Below are positions 47,325-55,947 of a stretch of DNA of 64,000 bases, one piece after another; the first letter of the stretch is position 1; every line of letters begins with the position of its first letter. The position numbers and the translations under genes are program-made. This DNA comes from a virus (taxonomy: Duplodnaviria; Caudoviricetes). Under the pieces are notes generated by a model, which did no database searches, was not told where the DNA came from, and saw only the letters and a program-made list of their open reading frames with translations. The DNA lies in the IMG/VR virus record IMGVR_UViG_3300013005_000037, positions 8,546-72,545 of that record, one strand, 5' to 3'.

Positions 47325-48143
47325 ATGAAAAAGATTTTTTTTAATTCTTCTTTGCCAAGAGCTGGTTCAACACTCTTGTCAAATTTAATTGCTCAAAACC
47401 CAGACTTTTATTGTACCCCTACCTCTGGATTAGGCGATTTAGTATTAAATGCTAAAAACACTTATGCTCATTCCCAAGCTATATTGTCGCAAGACAAAGA
47501 AGCTATGGAAAGAGCATTTTTAGGTTTTTGTAGAGCTGGTATGCAAGGTTTCTTTAATAACCTTACACCAAAACAATTTATTGTAGATAAAAGCAGAGAT
47601 TGGGGTATTCACTATAACTTATTGAATATGCTAAACGAAAATCCTAAAATCGTTTGTATGGTTAGAGATGTTAGGTCGGTTTATTCTTCAATGGAAAAAA
47701 ACTTTCGTAAAAACCCACATAGAGAAAGTCATATTCAAAACGCACCTCAATTAGTTGGTACTACATTAGACAAAAGAATAAATATTTGGGCAGATGGAGT
47801 TCCAGTAGGTGTTTCAATGGACAGATTAAAGGATTGTATTCAGCAAGGTATAGCAAAAAAAATGTTGTTTATACGTTATGAAGATTTAATGCAAAATCCA
47901 GAAAACGAAATGAAGCGTTTATACGAGTATTTTGAGTTGCCTTACTACGAAGCACACGATTTTCAAAATATAGCTCAATTAACCCACGAAAACGACCTTA
48001 TTCACGGAATTTATGGCGACCATACGTTAAGAGATAAGTTTGAAATGAAGCCAGATGATTATCAAGAAATATTAGGATATGAATTATCAAACAGTATAAA
48101 AAATACTTATAAATGGTTTTATGATTATTTTGGTTACGTTTAA
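47325..48143 (+). CDS. PAPS-dependent sulfotransferase
   Basis: 5'-PSB loop SLPRAGSTLL; 3'-PB RDVRSVYSS; IRYEDL. Confidence 0.88.
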   Translation: MKKIFFNSSLPRAGSTLLSNLIAQNPDFYCTPTSGLGDLVLNAKNTYAHSQAILSQDKEAMERAFLGFCRAGMQGFFNNLTPKQFIVDKSRDWGIHYNLLNMLNENPKIVCMVRDVRSVYSSMEKNFRKNPHRESHIQNAPQLVGTTLDKRINIWADGVPVGVSMDRLKDCIQQGIAKKMLFIRYEDLMQNPENEMKRLYEYFELPYYEAHDFQNIAQLTHENDLIHGIYGDHTLRDKFEMKPDDYQEILGYELSNSIKNTYKWFYDYFGYV

Positions 48144-48151
48144 AATTTTAT

Positions 48152-48190
48152 TATATTTGAACCGAGAAACTTTAAAATAACAACAAAATG
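48152..48190 (+). promoter_or_regulatory. -7 promoter element plus conserved 25-nt leader, copy 2
   Basis: TATATTTG at 48152-48159; leader at 48166-48190 identical to 38076-38100. Confidence 0.65.
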
Positions 48191-48670
48191 ATTTACAATT
48201 TAATCGGACAACCTCATTCTGGAAAAACTACTTTAGCAATACATTTAAAAACTGTTTTAGATTTAAACAATCCTAATCGAAAAGCATTTATAATTGATGG
48301 AGATTTTTTGCGTAAAATACTAAACAATAAAGACTATTCAGAAAATGGTCGTAGAGATAACGTTAGTAAAGCATACGCTATTGCAAAATATTTAGATTCA
48401 GATGATTCTCACGATGTAATCATAGCGGTAATTTCTCCTTTTTTAGATTTGAGAGAAGAATTTAAACTTACTGCCGATGTAATTGAAATTTATATCCATA
48501 CAAAAAATATTAGAGGTAGAGAAAAATTCCACGTTGAAAATTTTGAAAAACCAGAAATGGACTTTATTGAAATTGACACAACCGATATTGACGAATTAAG
48601 CTCATTAAACGAACTCATAGAAAAAATTCAATCAAAAAAACATATAGACAATGGAATTGATAAAGAATAG
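48188..48670 (+). CDS. cysC: adenylyl-sulfate (APS) kinase
   Basis: GQPHSGKTT; IDGDFLRK; YSENGRRDN; AVISPF; FEKP. Confidence 0.82.
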   Translation: MIYNLIGQPHSGKTTLAIHLKTVLDLNNPNRKAFIIDGDFLRKILNNKDYSENGRRDNVSKAYAIAKYLDSDDSHDVIIAVISPFLDLREEFKLTADVIEIYIHTKNIRGREKFHVENFEKPEMDFIEIDTTDIDELSSLNELIEKIQSKKHIDNGIDKE

Positions 48671-48965
48671 CTCGACCACAAGTATTTTACAAGATTTAAT
48701 TTTACAAGGGAGAAAAATATTAATGAAAAAGCCAGAAGGTAATTATTTCATTCAAATTAGATTTAATCACAATGATATTGATGGCACAAGAAGATGGAGG
48801 ATTATAATTGATGGGATAGAATTTCAAGTTTCAGAAATAATGATAAATATACCTTGCAAAACAGAAAGTGAATTGTACGAAGATTTTAATGGGTACAAAC
48901 ATAATATAGTTACAGATGCAACAAACGAAGTTATTTTTGAAAAATCAATAGCTTATTTAAACTAA
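48651..48965 (+). CDS. hypothetical phage protein
   Basis: WRIIIDG..VSEIMINIPCKT; the true start may lie further downstream. Confidence 0.55.
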   Translation: MELIKNSSTTSILQDLILQGRKILMKKPEGNYFIQIRFNHNDIDGTRRWRIIIDGIEFQVSEIMINIPCKTESELYEDFNGYKHNIVTDATNEVIFEKSIAYLN

Positions 48966-48982
48966 AAATAAAAAATTAAAAA

Positions 48983-49858
48983 ATGGTACAAAATGTGATA
49001 TTTCAAATAGATGGCGGACTTGGAAAGTCAATTATGGCTACTGCAATTCTAAAAGTAATTAAAAAAGAATACAAAAAATCAAATATAATTGTAGTAACTG
49101 GATACCCAGATGTGTTTGTTGGTAATCCAAACGCAAATAAAGTATTGCACCCATCACAAGCGGTTGGTTTCTATAAAAGTTACATACAAAATAAAGACAC
49201 AAAAGTTTTTATTTCAGACCCTTATATGACAAGCGACTTTGTAACAGAAAGCGGACACTTGTTGAAAATTTGGTGTGATATGTACGGATTAAAGTATAAT
49301 GGAGAATTGCCAGAGATATTTTTATCTAAAGCGGAAAAAGAATATTTTGCTCCTTTTTATAAGCTAGACAAACCAATTATGGCTATTCAGCCAAACGGAG
49401 GTGCGGTTGGGCAACCTTTAAAATATAGTTGGACAAGAGATTTACCAGCTTCTACTGTAAATGAAGTAATCAGTCAATTTAAAAATGATTATGCTATTTT
49501 GCATATTAAAAGAGATGACCAATTAACTTACGAAAATACAATTGGCGCACTAGATGGATGGAGGAGTATAGCTATTATGCTTACACTTTCTACTAAAAGA
49601 CTTATGATTGACAGTAGCTCAATGCACATTTGTACTGCTTTAAATTTACCAAGCGTAGTTGGGTGGATAGGAACTAATCCTAAAGTTTTTGGATATGATT
49701 TGCACAAGAACATTGAAGCAAACCAACCAACAAAAGAAATTAATGTAGAAAGCAATAGCTACCAAAAGCATTTGTTATATGAAGATATTTCTACATTTCC
49801 ATACGATAATTTTACGGAAGTTTTTGATACGCAGTCAATAATAAATGCCTTGAAATAA
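48983..49858 (+). CDS. GT9-like (heptosyltransferase-fold) glycosyltransferase
   Basis: IDGGLGKSIMAT..KKEY..IIVVT; MIDSSSMHICTALNLPSVVGW. Confidence 0.78.
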   Translation: MVQNVIFQIDGGLGKSIMATAILKVIKKEYKKSNIIVVTGYPDVFVGNPNANKVLHPSQAVGFYKSYIQNKDTKVFISDPYMTSDFVTESGHLLKIWCDMYGLKYNGELPEIFLSKAEKEYFAPFYKLDKPIMAIQPNGGAVGQPLKYSWTRDLPASTVNEVISQFKNDYAILHIKRDDQLTYENTIGALDGWRSIAIMLTLSTKRLMIDSSSMHICTALNLPSVVGWIGTNPKVFGYDLHKNIEANQPTKEINVESNSYQKHLLYEDISTFPYDNFTEVFDTQSIINALK

Positions 49859-49918
49859 TATTCTTAATAATAATTTTTGTAATATTGTGGTTAATTTCAT
49901 TTTAGATATTTTGTAAAT

Positions 49919-50461
49919 ATGGACAAGATAACCCCAGTAGATAAGCAAATAAACGATTTTATATACGATAAGCCAGATGTTGCAGTAGTCTTACTGCAAC
50001 AATTCGGCTATAATATAGAATTGAAAACTGCTACATTATCCCAAATAATTAAACTAGTATATACTGCTTTATATATAAATCAAGACAAACCTTTTGCCGA
50101 AGCATTAGATAGCGCAATAGCAAATGATGGAGAATTAAATGTTGTTGCTATAATAGCATCAATAATAAGTTCTGCTATTGGTGGAGTTGTTGCTATGAGT
50201 GAAGGCAATAAAAATAGAGCATTACAAAAAAAATTAGTATTGGCACAATTGTCAGTAGATGAAAAACTTTCCGAAGAAAAAATTAGAGCCGAACAAGAAA
50301 CTGCAAGACTAGGCATTTTGGTAAATAGTCTTTTAGAGTATCGTAAAACGTTACAAAAAGAAAGTACTATTAGATTAAGAGATACTTGGCTTTATGTAAC
50401 TGGTCTTGGAATAGGTCTTGGTATTTTATATGGTGTTTATTTAATTGGGTCAAAAGATTAA
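49919..50461 (+). CDS. C-anchored membrane protein related to 29209 and 29597
   Basis: PDVAVVLLQQFGY vs PKGAELIINSFGY; amphipathic IIASIISSAIGG; TM. Confidence 0.72.
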   Translation: MDKITPVDKQINDFIYDKPDVAVVLLQQFGYNIELKTATLSQIIKLVYTALYINQDKPFAEALDSAIANDGELNVVAIIASIISSAIGGVVAMSEGNKNRALQKKLVLAQLSVDEKLSEEKIRAEQETARLGILVNSLLEYRKTLQKESTIRLRDTWLYVTGLGIGLGILYGVYLIGSKD

Positions 50462-50463
50462 TT

Positions 50464-50814
50464 ATGGAAAATTATAATAATGTTGGTGGAGCAGATGCTT
50501 TAATAGGTGGGGGTGGTCAAATTATTTCTAGTGTAATAAATGGATATTTTGCCAAAGGAGAAGCTAAAAAGGCATTAAAACTACAAGCTGAAATATCACA
50601 ATTGACTTTAGCTCAACAAAAGACATTAGAGGAAAGACTGCAAGATGTTCAGTCTGAAACTGAAAGGCAAGGAATGATTTATCAATTTCTAGCGGTACAG
50701 AATAATAATGAAATGCTAAATAGAGCACAAGGTAAGAGATACACTTCTTATATAGTTTTGGGTGTAGGAGTTACAATTTTAGCATTGGTAGTATTAAAAT
50801 TAGCAAAAAAATAA
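50464..50814 (+). CDS. C-anchored membrane protein (YNNVGG motif), related to 30195
   Basis: Likely start ATG at 50464 (MENYNNVGG..); coil; TM. Confidence 0.72.
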   Translation: MENYNNVGGADALIGGGGQIISSVINGYFAKGEAKKALKLQAEISQLTLAQQKTLEERLQDVQSETERQGMIYQFLAVQNNNEMLNRAQGKRYTSYIVLGVGVTILALVVLKLAKK

Positions 50815-50816
50815 AA

Positions 50817-51164
50817 ATGGACAAAAACACGAAAACACTATTCATTACATTAGGAGGTGCGTTACTTCTTATTTATTTATTAAGACCAAAGAGTGATAAA
50901 AGCAAAAAAGGACTTTTGAATGTAAAATATGCTGAACCAAAGCAAGTTTCTGACAATGAAAAAAAATTGAAAGAAAATGCAGTTATTGGATTACAAGCTA
51001 TGCGTGAAGCTATTGATAGCAAAGAGAGTAAAAAGGAATTAGATAAATTAAGTTCAATGATTTTGCAAGATTATGGCGTAAAAGTTATGATTAACAAACA
51101 AACTGGATTGCTACGAGCTATGTCTAAAGATGGAAAAGTAATTTCACAAGAAACAAGAGATTAA
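50817..51164 (+). CDS. N-anchored membrane protein
   Basis: TM LFITLGGALLLIYLL. Confidence 0.7.
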   Translation: MDKNTKTLFITLGGALLLIYLLRPKSDKSKKGLLNVKYAEPKQVSDNEKKLKENAVIGLQAMREAIDSKESKKELDKLSSMILQDYGVKVMINKQTGLLRAMSKDGKVISQETRD

Positions 51165-51613
51165 TGCCTATATTCGCCCCAACCATAACCAATTATCCAA
51201 ATGGAGTTGTAACTGTCGCAAGTAACGATGCAACCCCTTATAGTTCTATTATTCAATCGATGGGTAGCTTTATATATGGAGTAAACGAAATGTATTTAAA
51301 AGCGAATGATAATAGTCAAATACTTCAAAGCTATCAATTTAAAAGGTATGATGTAAACGGTACATTAGAATCGTTTGTAGATGCTCCGACAATAGACCCT
51401 TATCAATTTCAATCTTCATTATTTTTTAAATTAACAAAAGACAATGTTGTACTTGATGGAAGAACAAGTTTAGATTTTAGTTTATTGCCTAGTGAATCTT
51501 TGTATATGATTATTTATACCACGCAACTAGCAAATAGAGATTTAGTTCCAAGAACAAATTTTTTTAATAACGATTTTTTCAATTTATTTAATGATTACAA
51601 AGACTGCATATAA
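51164..51613 (+). CDS. minor capsid-like paralogue of 28420
   Basis: Aligns with the core of 28420: Y..I/M....Y.V...Y....Q....L....D.NG....PTIDPYQ.Q......DG.T. Confidence 0.65.
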   Translation: MPIFAPTITNYPNGVVTVASNDATPYSSIIQSMGSFIYGVNEMYLKANDNSQILQSYQFKRYDVNGTLESFVDAPTIDPYQFQSSLFFKLTKDNVVLDGRTSLDFSLLPSESLYMIIYTTQLANRDLVPRTNFFNNDFFNLFNDYKDCI

Positions 51614-52067
51614 TAAAGCACCGATTAATAAAATAAAAACTGAAAATAGAAATTGTACTATTTCAAAACTTGTAACTGGAGATTTAATTAAAACAAAGGG
51701 TCAAAAATATCCTTTGATTTATCATTATGGAATAGTAGAGAAAAATTTAGATGGTCTTTTTATCATACACAACCACCCAGACAAAATAAACTCAAATGGT
51801 GGTAATACAGTAAGAGAACCTTTAGAGAAATGGATTAAAAATAGAGATGTAGTTTCGGTTGAACAAACTGATTTAAAACTAGAAGATATTGAAAAAATAT
51901 ATCAAACATTAAAAATGCACAAATACGATTTTATAAATTTCAATTGTGAGCATTTTGTAAATTTTGCAAAAGACAAAAGTTATGTAAGTCCGCAAGTGTT
52001 GAGGTGGACATCAGTAGCTTTAATAGGATTAGCTATTTATTTTTTATTAAAAAACAAAAGAATATGA
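51591..52067 (+). CDS. LRAT/PLAAT-like (permuted NlpC/P60, H-box/NC) enzyme with a C-terminal TM
   Basis: HYGI..IIH..YDFINFNCEHF; TM at the C-terminus. Confidence 0.8.
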   Translation: MITKTAYNKAPINKIKTENRNCTISKLVTGDLIKTKGQKYPLIYHYGIVEKNLDGLFIIHNHPDKINSNGGNTVREPLEKWIKNRDVVSVEQTDLKLEDIEKIYQTLKMHKYDFINFNCEHFVNFAKDKSYVSPQVLRWTSVALIGLAIYFLLKNKRI

Positions 52068-53251
52068 ACCCAATATCAAGTCAAATAAATTTAAAAGTTG
52101 TTAATAATACTGCACTGCCACAACCAGTTTCTATATTGCAAATTGTACCAAATAGTGATAGTGCAAATAATAGTAATTTCCTTTATGAATTTAATTTTAC
52201 TGGACAATCTTATGTTGGAGTAACTAGTGTAAATGCCTATATTTCTAACACATCAAATCCTAGCATAATTGCGTATAATGCACCAGTTTTATCTCAAAGT
52301 ATTATTGGAGTTGTTGATGCGTTAAATTCGCTTAATCAAGGTCTTTTTTCTTATTCTGGCACTACAATATACGTTTCATCTAATTTCTATATTTATTCAA
52401 ATTTAAGTATTTCTGGAAGCTCTATTTTTGGAACAACTGGAATAAATCCACAAAATATTGTAATAGATAGTGCTGGAAATATCTATACCGCCAATACATC
52501 TTCAAGTGATGTAAGTAAAATTACACCTTCGGGAGTATCAACTATTTTAGGGGCAACTGGAACAAGTCCTATTGGAATTACAATAGATGGAGCTGGAAAT
52601 ATTTATACTGCAAATAATGTTTCAAATAACGTTAGTAAAATTACACCATTAGGGGTTTCTACTATTTTAGGAACTACTGGAAATAACCCTATTGGAATAA
52701 CAATAGATGGAGCTGGAAATATTTACACTGCAAATAATACGAGTAATAATGTTAGTAAGATTACACCATTAGGCGTTTCTACTATTTTAGGCACAACTGG
52801 AAATAACCCTATTGGTATAACAATTGATAGTGCTGGAAATATTTATACTGCAAATAACGCTTCTGTCGATGTTAGTAAAATTACACCATTAGGGGTTTCT
52901 ACTATTTTAGGAACTACTGGAACAAATCCAAATGGAATAACCATTGATAGTGCTGGAAATATATATACTGCAAATAATGGAAGTGATGATGTTAGTAAAA
53001 TTACACCATTAGGCGTATCAACTATTTTAGGTAGTACTGGAAATAGTCCTCTTGGAATAACCATTGATAGTGCTGGAAATATATACACTGCAAATAACTC
53101 TAGTTTTAATGTTAGTAAAATTACGCCTTTAGGAGCATCAACTATTTTAGGTAGTACTGATTCGTTTCCAACTGGTATTACAATAGATAATTTTAATAAT
53201 ATTTACACTTCAAATTTTGGAGCAGATAATGTAACGGTAATAGTGCAATAA
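52064..53251 (+). CDS. spike/receptor-binding candidate: N-terminal beta-domain plus a 7-bladed NHL-like propeller
   Basis: Likely start ATG at 52064; seven 40-aa repeats P.GITID.AGNIYTAN....VSKITP.G.STILG. Confidence 0.8.
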   Translation: MNPISSQINLKVVNNTALPQPVSILQIVPNSDSANNSNFLYEFNFTGQSYVGVTSVNAYISNTSNPSIIAYNAPVLSQSIIGVVDALNSLNQGLFSYSGTTIYVSSNFYIYSNLSISGSSIFGTTGINPQNIVIDSAGNIYTANTSSSDVSKITPSGVSTILGATGTSPIGITIDGAGNIYTANNVSNNVSKITPLGVSTILGTTGNNPIGITIDGAGNIYTANNTSNNVSKITPLGVSTILGTTGNNPIGITIDSAGNIYTANNASVDVSKITPLGVSTILGTTGTNPNGITIDSAGNIYTANNGSDDVSKITPLGVSTILGSTGNSPLGITIDSAGNIYTANNSSFNVSKITPLGASTILGSTDSFPTGITIDNFNNIYTSNFGADNVTVIVQ

Positions 53252-53253
53252 AA

Positions 53254-53277
53254 AAGCGACTGGAATACCAATCGCTT
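53254..53277. terminator. hairpin at the convergence of the + and - gene blocks
   Basis: AAGCGA(C)TGG-AATA-CCA(A)TCGCTT; preceded by an A-run. Confidence 0.6.
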
Positions 53278-53345
53278 AATTAAATTAAATAACATTAACC
53301 TTTTTTCAGCAGAATTAACACACATTAATACTAGCACGAACATCT

Positions 53346-54194
53346 TTACAAAGCTACAATATTATTTTCCAATTCTATATGGTCAGTTCCGTTTTTTTCC
53401 ATTAATTTGGCATAAATGCTACTTTTTTTTCCAATAATATTGCCTTGAACAAATCTAACGGTATCATTATCATCCATAATAAGATACCCACCACCTTCGA
53501 TATTGTCATCCATTGAAACCGCTTTTTTCAATCGGTCATCATCTTTAGGCATTAGTTTAGCCAATTGCTTTAAAACAGTTTTCTTTGCCATCCATTGCTC
53601 TGGGTCTTTCTTATCATTAAAGAAAAGCTCGTTTGGTGTTTTAGACATATTTATAATGTTTTGAATTTCACTTTTAAACATTACTTTAAAAATTACTTCA
53701 TCATCTATTTTAGCACAAGCATAAATACATTTGATGTTTTTTGAGTTTCTAACAGAATTATGGTTAGGAATGTGAAATAATTTTGGCTCTAATCCCAATT
53801 CGTACTCAAAGTCATCATCTTCATAAACTACTTCGCTCCAAATCTTCTTAACTTTATTTGACCTCATAAGAAGCGTTAATAGACCTTTATATCCCAATAT
53901 AGGCATTATGGTATCCCTATAAGGAATAAAGAAAAACTCGCCCACCATTTGACTTGGATTTAACCCCATTTCAGCACAATGTAAAATACTAGCAAACAGT
54001 GAAGCTGGATTTTTTAAAAAAGCATCTTGTAGCTTTGGCGACTTTTTAAGTTCATTGATTACAATTTGCTTAAATTGTGCTGGTGTCATACTCGAACCTT
54101 CCAACAGTTCGGTAAGGTTTTTCTTTTCGTACTTTTCAATAGTAGTAGTAAAGTTTCCTATTAAATCTTTTGATGTTGTTACAGATGGTGTCAT
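53346..54194 (-). CDS. recT: RecT-family single-strand annealing protein
   Basis: SILHCAEMGLNP..FFIPY..ILGYKGL; WSEVVYEDDDF; WMAKKTVLKQLAK. Confidence 0.88.
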   Translation of the reverse strand: MTPSVTTSKDLIGNFTTTIEKYEKKNLTELLEGSSMTPAQFKQIVINELKKSPKLQDAFLKNPASLFASILHCAEMGLNPSQMVGEFFFIPYRDTIMPILGYKGLLTLLMRSNKVKKIWSEVVYEDDDFEYELGLEPKLFHIPNHNSVRNSKNIKCIYACAKIDDEVIFKVMFKSEIQNIINMSKTPNELFFNDKKDPEQWMAKKTVLKQLAKLMPKDDDRLKKAVSMDDNIEGGGYLIMDDNDTVRFVQGNIIGKKSSIYAKLMEKNGTDHIELENNIVAL

Positions 54195-54195
54195 A

Positions 54196-54411
54196 TTAAT
54201 TTAATTTTAAAATTTCTGATTTTTTATTTTCTAATTCGTGTATTTGGATTGCAATTCTTTCTAATTCTTCTAAAATTCTTCTATACTGTATGGGTAGTAA
54301 TTTATTTTTTTTTATTTCTATTAGAAAAAATTGTTTTAGATTTTTACGATATTTAGTTATCTCGTATAAATCTAGCTCTATATGTGCTATATGATATTCC
54401 TCTACGGTCAT
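54196..54411 (-). CDS. hypothetical coiled-coil protein
   Basis: 71-aa ORF within the operon. Confidence 0.55.
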   Translation of the reverse strand: MTVEEYHIAHIELDLYEITKYRKNLKQFFLIEIKKNKLLPIQYRRILEELERIAIQIHELENKKSEILKLN

Positions 54412-55197
54412 TTAATAGCTTATTTCATCTATGTGAGGTATTTCTATTTTAAAACTGCATTTGTCGTTAATAGGACATTCAAAACACAATTTAAGTGATG
54501 GTTTTGCCTTAAATAGCTTCTCAATAGGTTTTTGTAATTCATTTTTAACCCATTCAACCGTTGATAAATGACTTGCAATAGTAAGTTCGTCAACATTAAC
54601 TTTGATAAGCTTCACATCCATTACATCTTTTGAGGAAAAAACAAAAAAGTAAAAATCAATATCCTCTGGCTCACAACCTAATTCTTTTGATAAAAGTATC
54701 TTGTATTGTACTGGCTGGAGCAAAAGATTGTGCTTTTCTGGTAACATATCTAAATTCCAACCTAACTCATTCCATTTGTCATCAAGTAGTCCAGAATATT
54801 TTGTATCAATTATACAAACCCTATCATTCCACCTAGCAACTATATCCATAATACCAGTCATACCATCTTGGGTAACTACTCTACCAATATCTATTATTTC
54901 TATTTCGTAATGCTTAATGATTTTTTTAAATAGCTCGGCACTATCAATTGCTCTTTGATAATCGGTAGAAACAGATTGTTTTGCAGTTCCTTTATAAACT
55001 ATTTTAGCTTCTGGGAAGTGTCCATCTCTAGGTAAGCTACCAGTAGCCATAAACTCGAAGAAATTACCTAATTCCATTGCATCGCTTGAAGGGAATTTTA
55101 TCCCATCAATGTACTTTGCTTTTACTTGAAGTCCGCAAGTATCTCCAGACTTGTATTTTGCAAACTCTTTTAGGAAGGATTGACTAATATTTATCAT
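54412..55197 (-). CDS. PD-(D/E)xK exonuclease (RecE/Cas4-like partner of RecT)
   Basis: GNFFE; GIMDIV..IIDTKY; Q..Y; C-terminal CFEC. Confidence 0.75.
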   Translation of the reverse strand: MINISQSFLKEFAKYKSGDTCGLQVKAKYIDGIKFPSSDAMELGNFFEFMATGSLPRDGHFPEAKIVYKGTAKQSVSTDYQRAIDSAELFKKIIKHYEIEIIDIGRVVTQDGMTGIMDIVARWNDRVCIIDTKYSGLLDDKWNELGWNLDMLPEKHNLLLQPVQYKILLSKELGCEPEDIDFYFFVFSSKDVMDVKLIKVNVDELTIASHLSTVEWVKNELQKPIEKLFKAKPSLKLCFECPINDKCSFKIEIPHIDEISY

Positions 55198-55775
55198 AAG
55201 TATTTATTTTCTATGTTATTGGCTTTTTCGTAATCGCATCTAGCTTGGTATGCTTCTAATTCAGTTTGAAAAGAACCTAAATAAATATGTTTATTATTAA
55301 TTTGTATCTTACTGCGCCAATAATTAGATTTTTTTCCTTCATAAAAACAAACTCCTACATACTTACTTGTTTTTTTTCTATTAATATTTGCGTAACATTG
55401 ATTTTCCCTTTTACTTGCCCATTCTAAATTTTTTACATTATTATTTAATCTATTAGAATCTAAATGGTTTACTTCTGCTTTATTATTTGGATTATCAATA
55501 AAATGCAAAGCCACTAATCTATGAATCCTATATTGAATTGATTTATTGTTAAATTTTATACAAACTTCGGTATATCCACCTCTGTCAAATTTGGGTTTTC
55601 GTATTTTTTTTGTAGTGTTACGATTTCTAAAACCATTTAATACTAATCTACTAAATGATTTTACTCGACCAAAACTACTTATTTGATAATAACCTTCATA
55701 TCCTTCAATATCTTTCCAAATTTCTCCATCCATATCTTCAAGAGAAAAATTTTTATGGGGTAATAGTTCATCCAT
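55194..55775 (-). mobile_element. NUMOD4-HNH-AP2 homing endonuclease
   Basis: EIWKDIEGYEG; HRLVA..VNHLDSNRLNN; SKYVGV..IYLGSF..EA. Confidence 0.88.
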
Positions 55776-55947
55776 TTTGATAATTATTTAATACTTGTTG
55801 AACACTTTTTTTGTAACCCATCAACCAAACTTTTATATAATATTTTCCATCCGAAATCCTACCAGCTACAATACCAGACAGAGTATTCATACAAACATTA
55901 TATTGCCTTTGATTTACCTCAATAGGAGTGTTATAAATTATTTTCAT
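55768..55947 (-). CDS. hypothetical protein
   Basis: Likely start MKIIYNTP at 55947. Confidence 0.5.
   Translation of the reverse strand: MKIIYNTPIEVNQRQYNVCMNTLSGIVAGRISDGKYYIKVWLMGYKKSVQQVLNNYQNG

Noticed and set aside
48188-48670. Host sulfate-assimilation (cys) operon
   Set aside because: No cysD, cysN or cysH nearby; the context is viral and linked to a sulfotransferase
52430-53220. 120-bp tandem repeats
   Set aside because: Fully explained by NHL propeller blades; the antisense ORF 52843..53088 is a shadow
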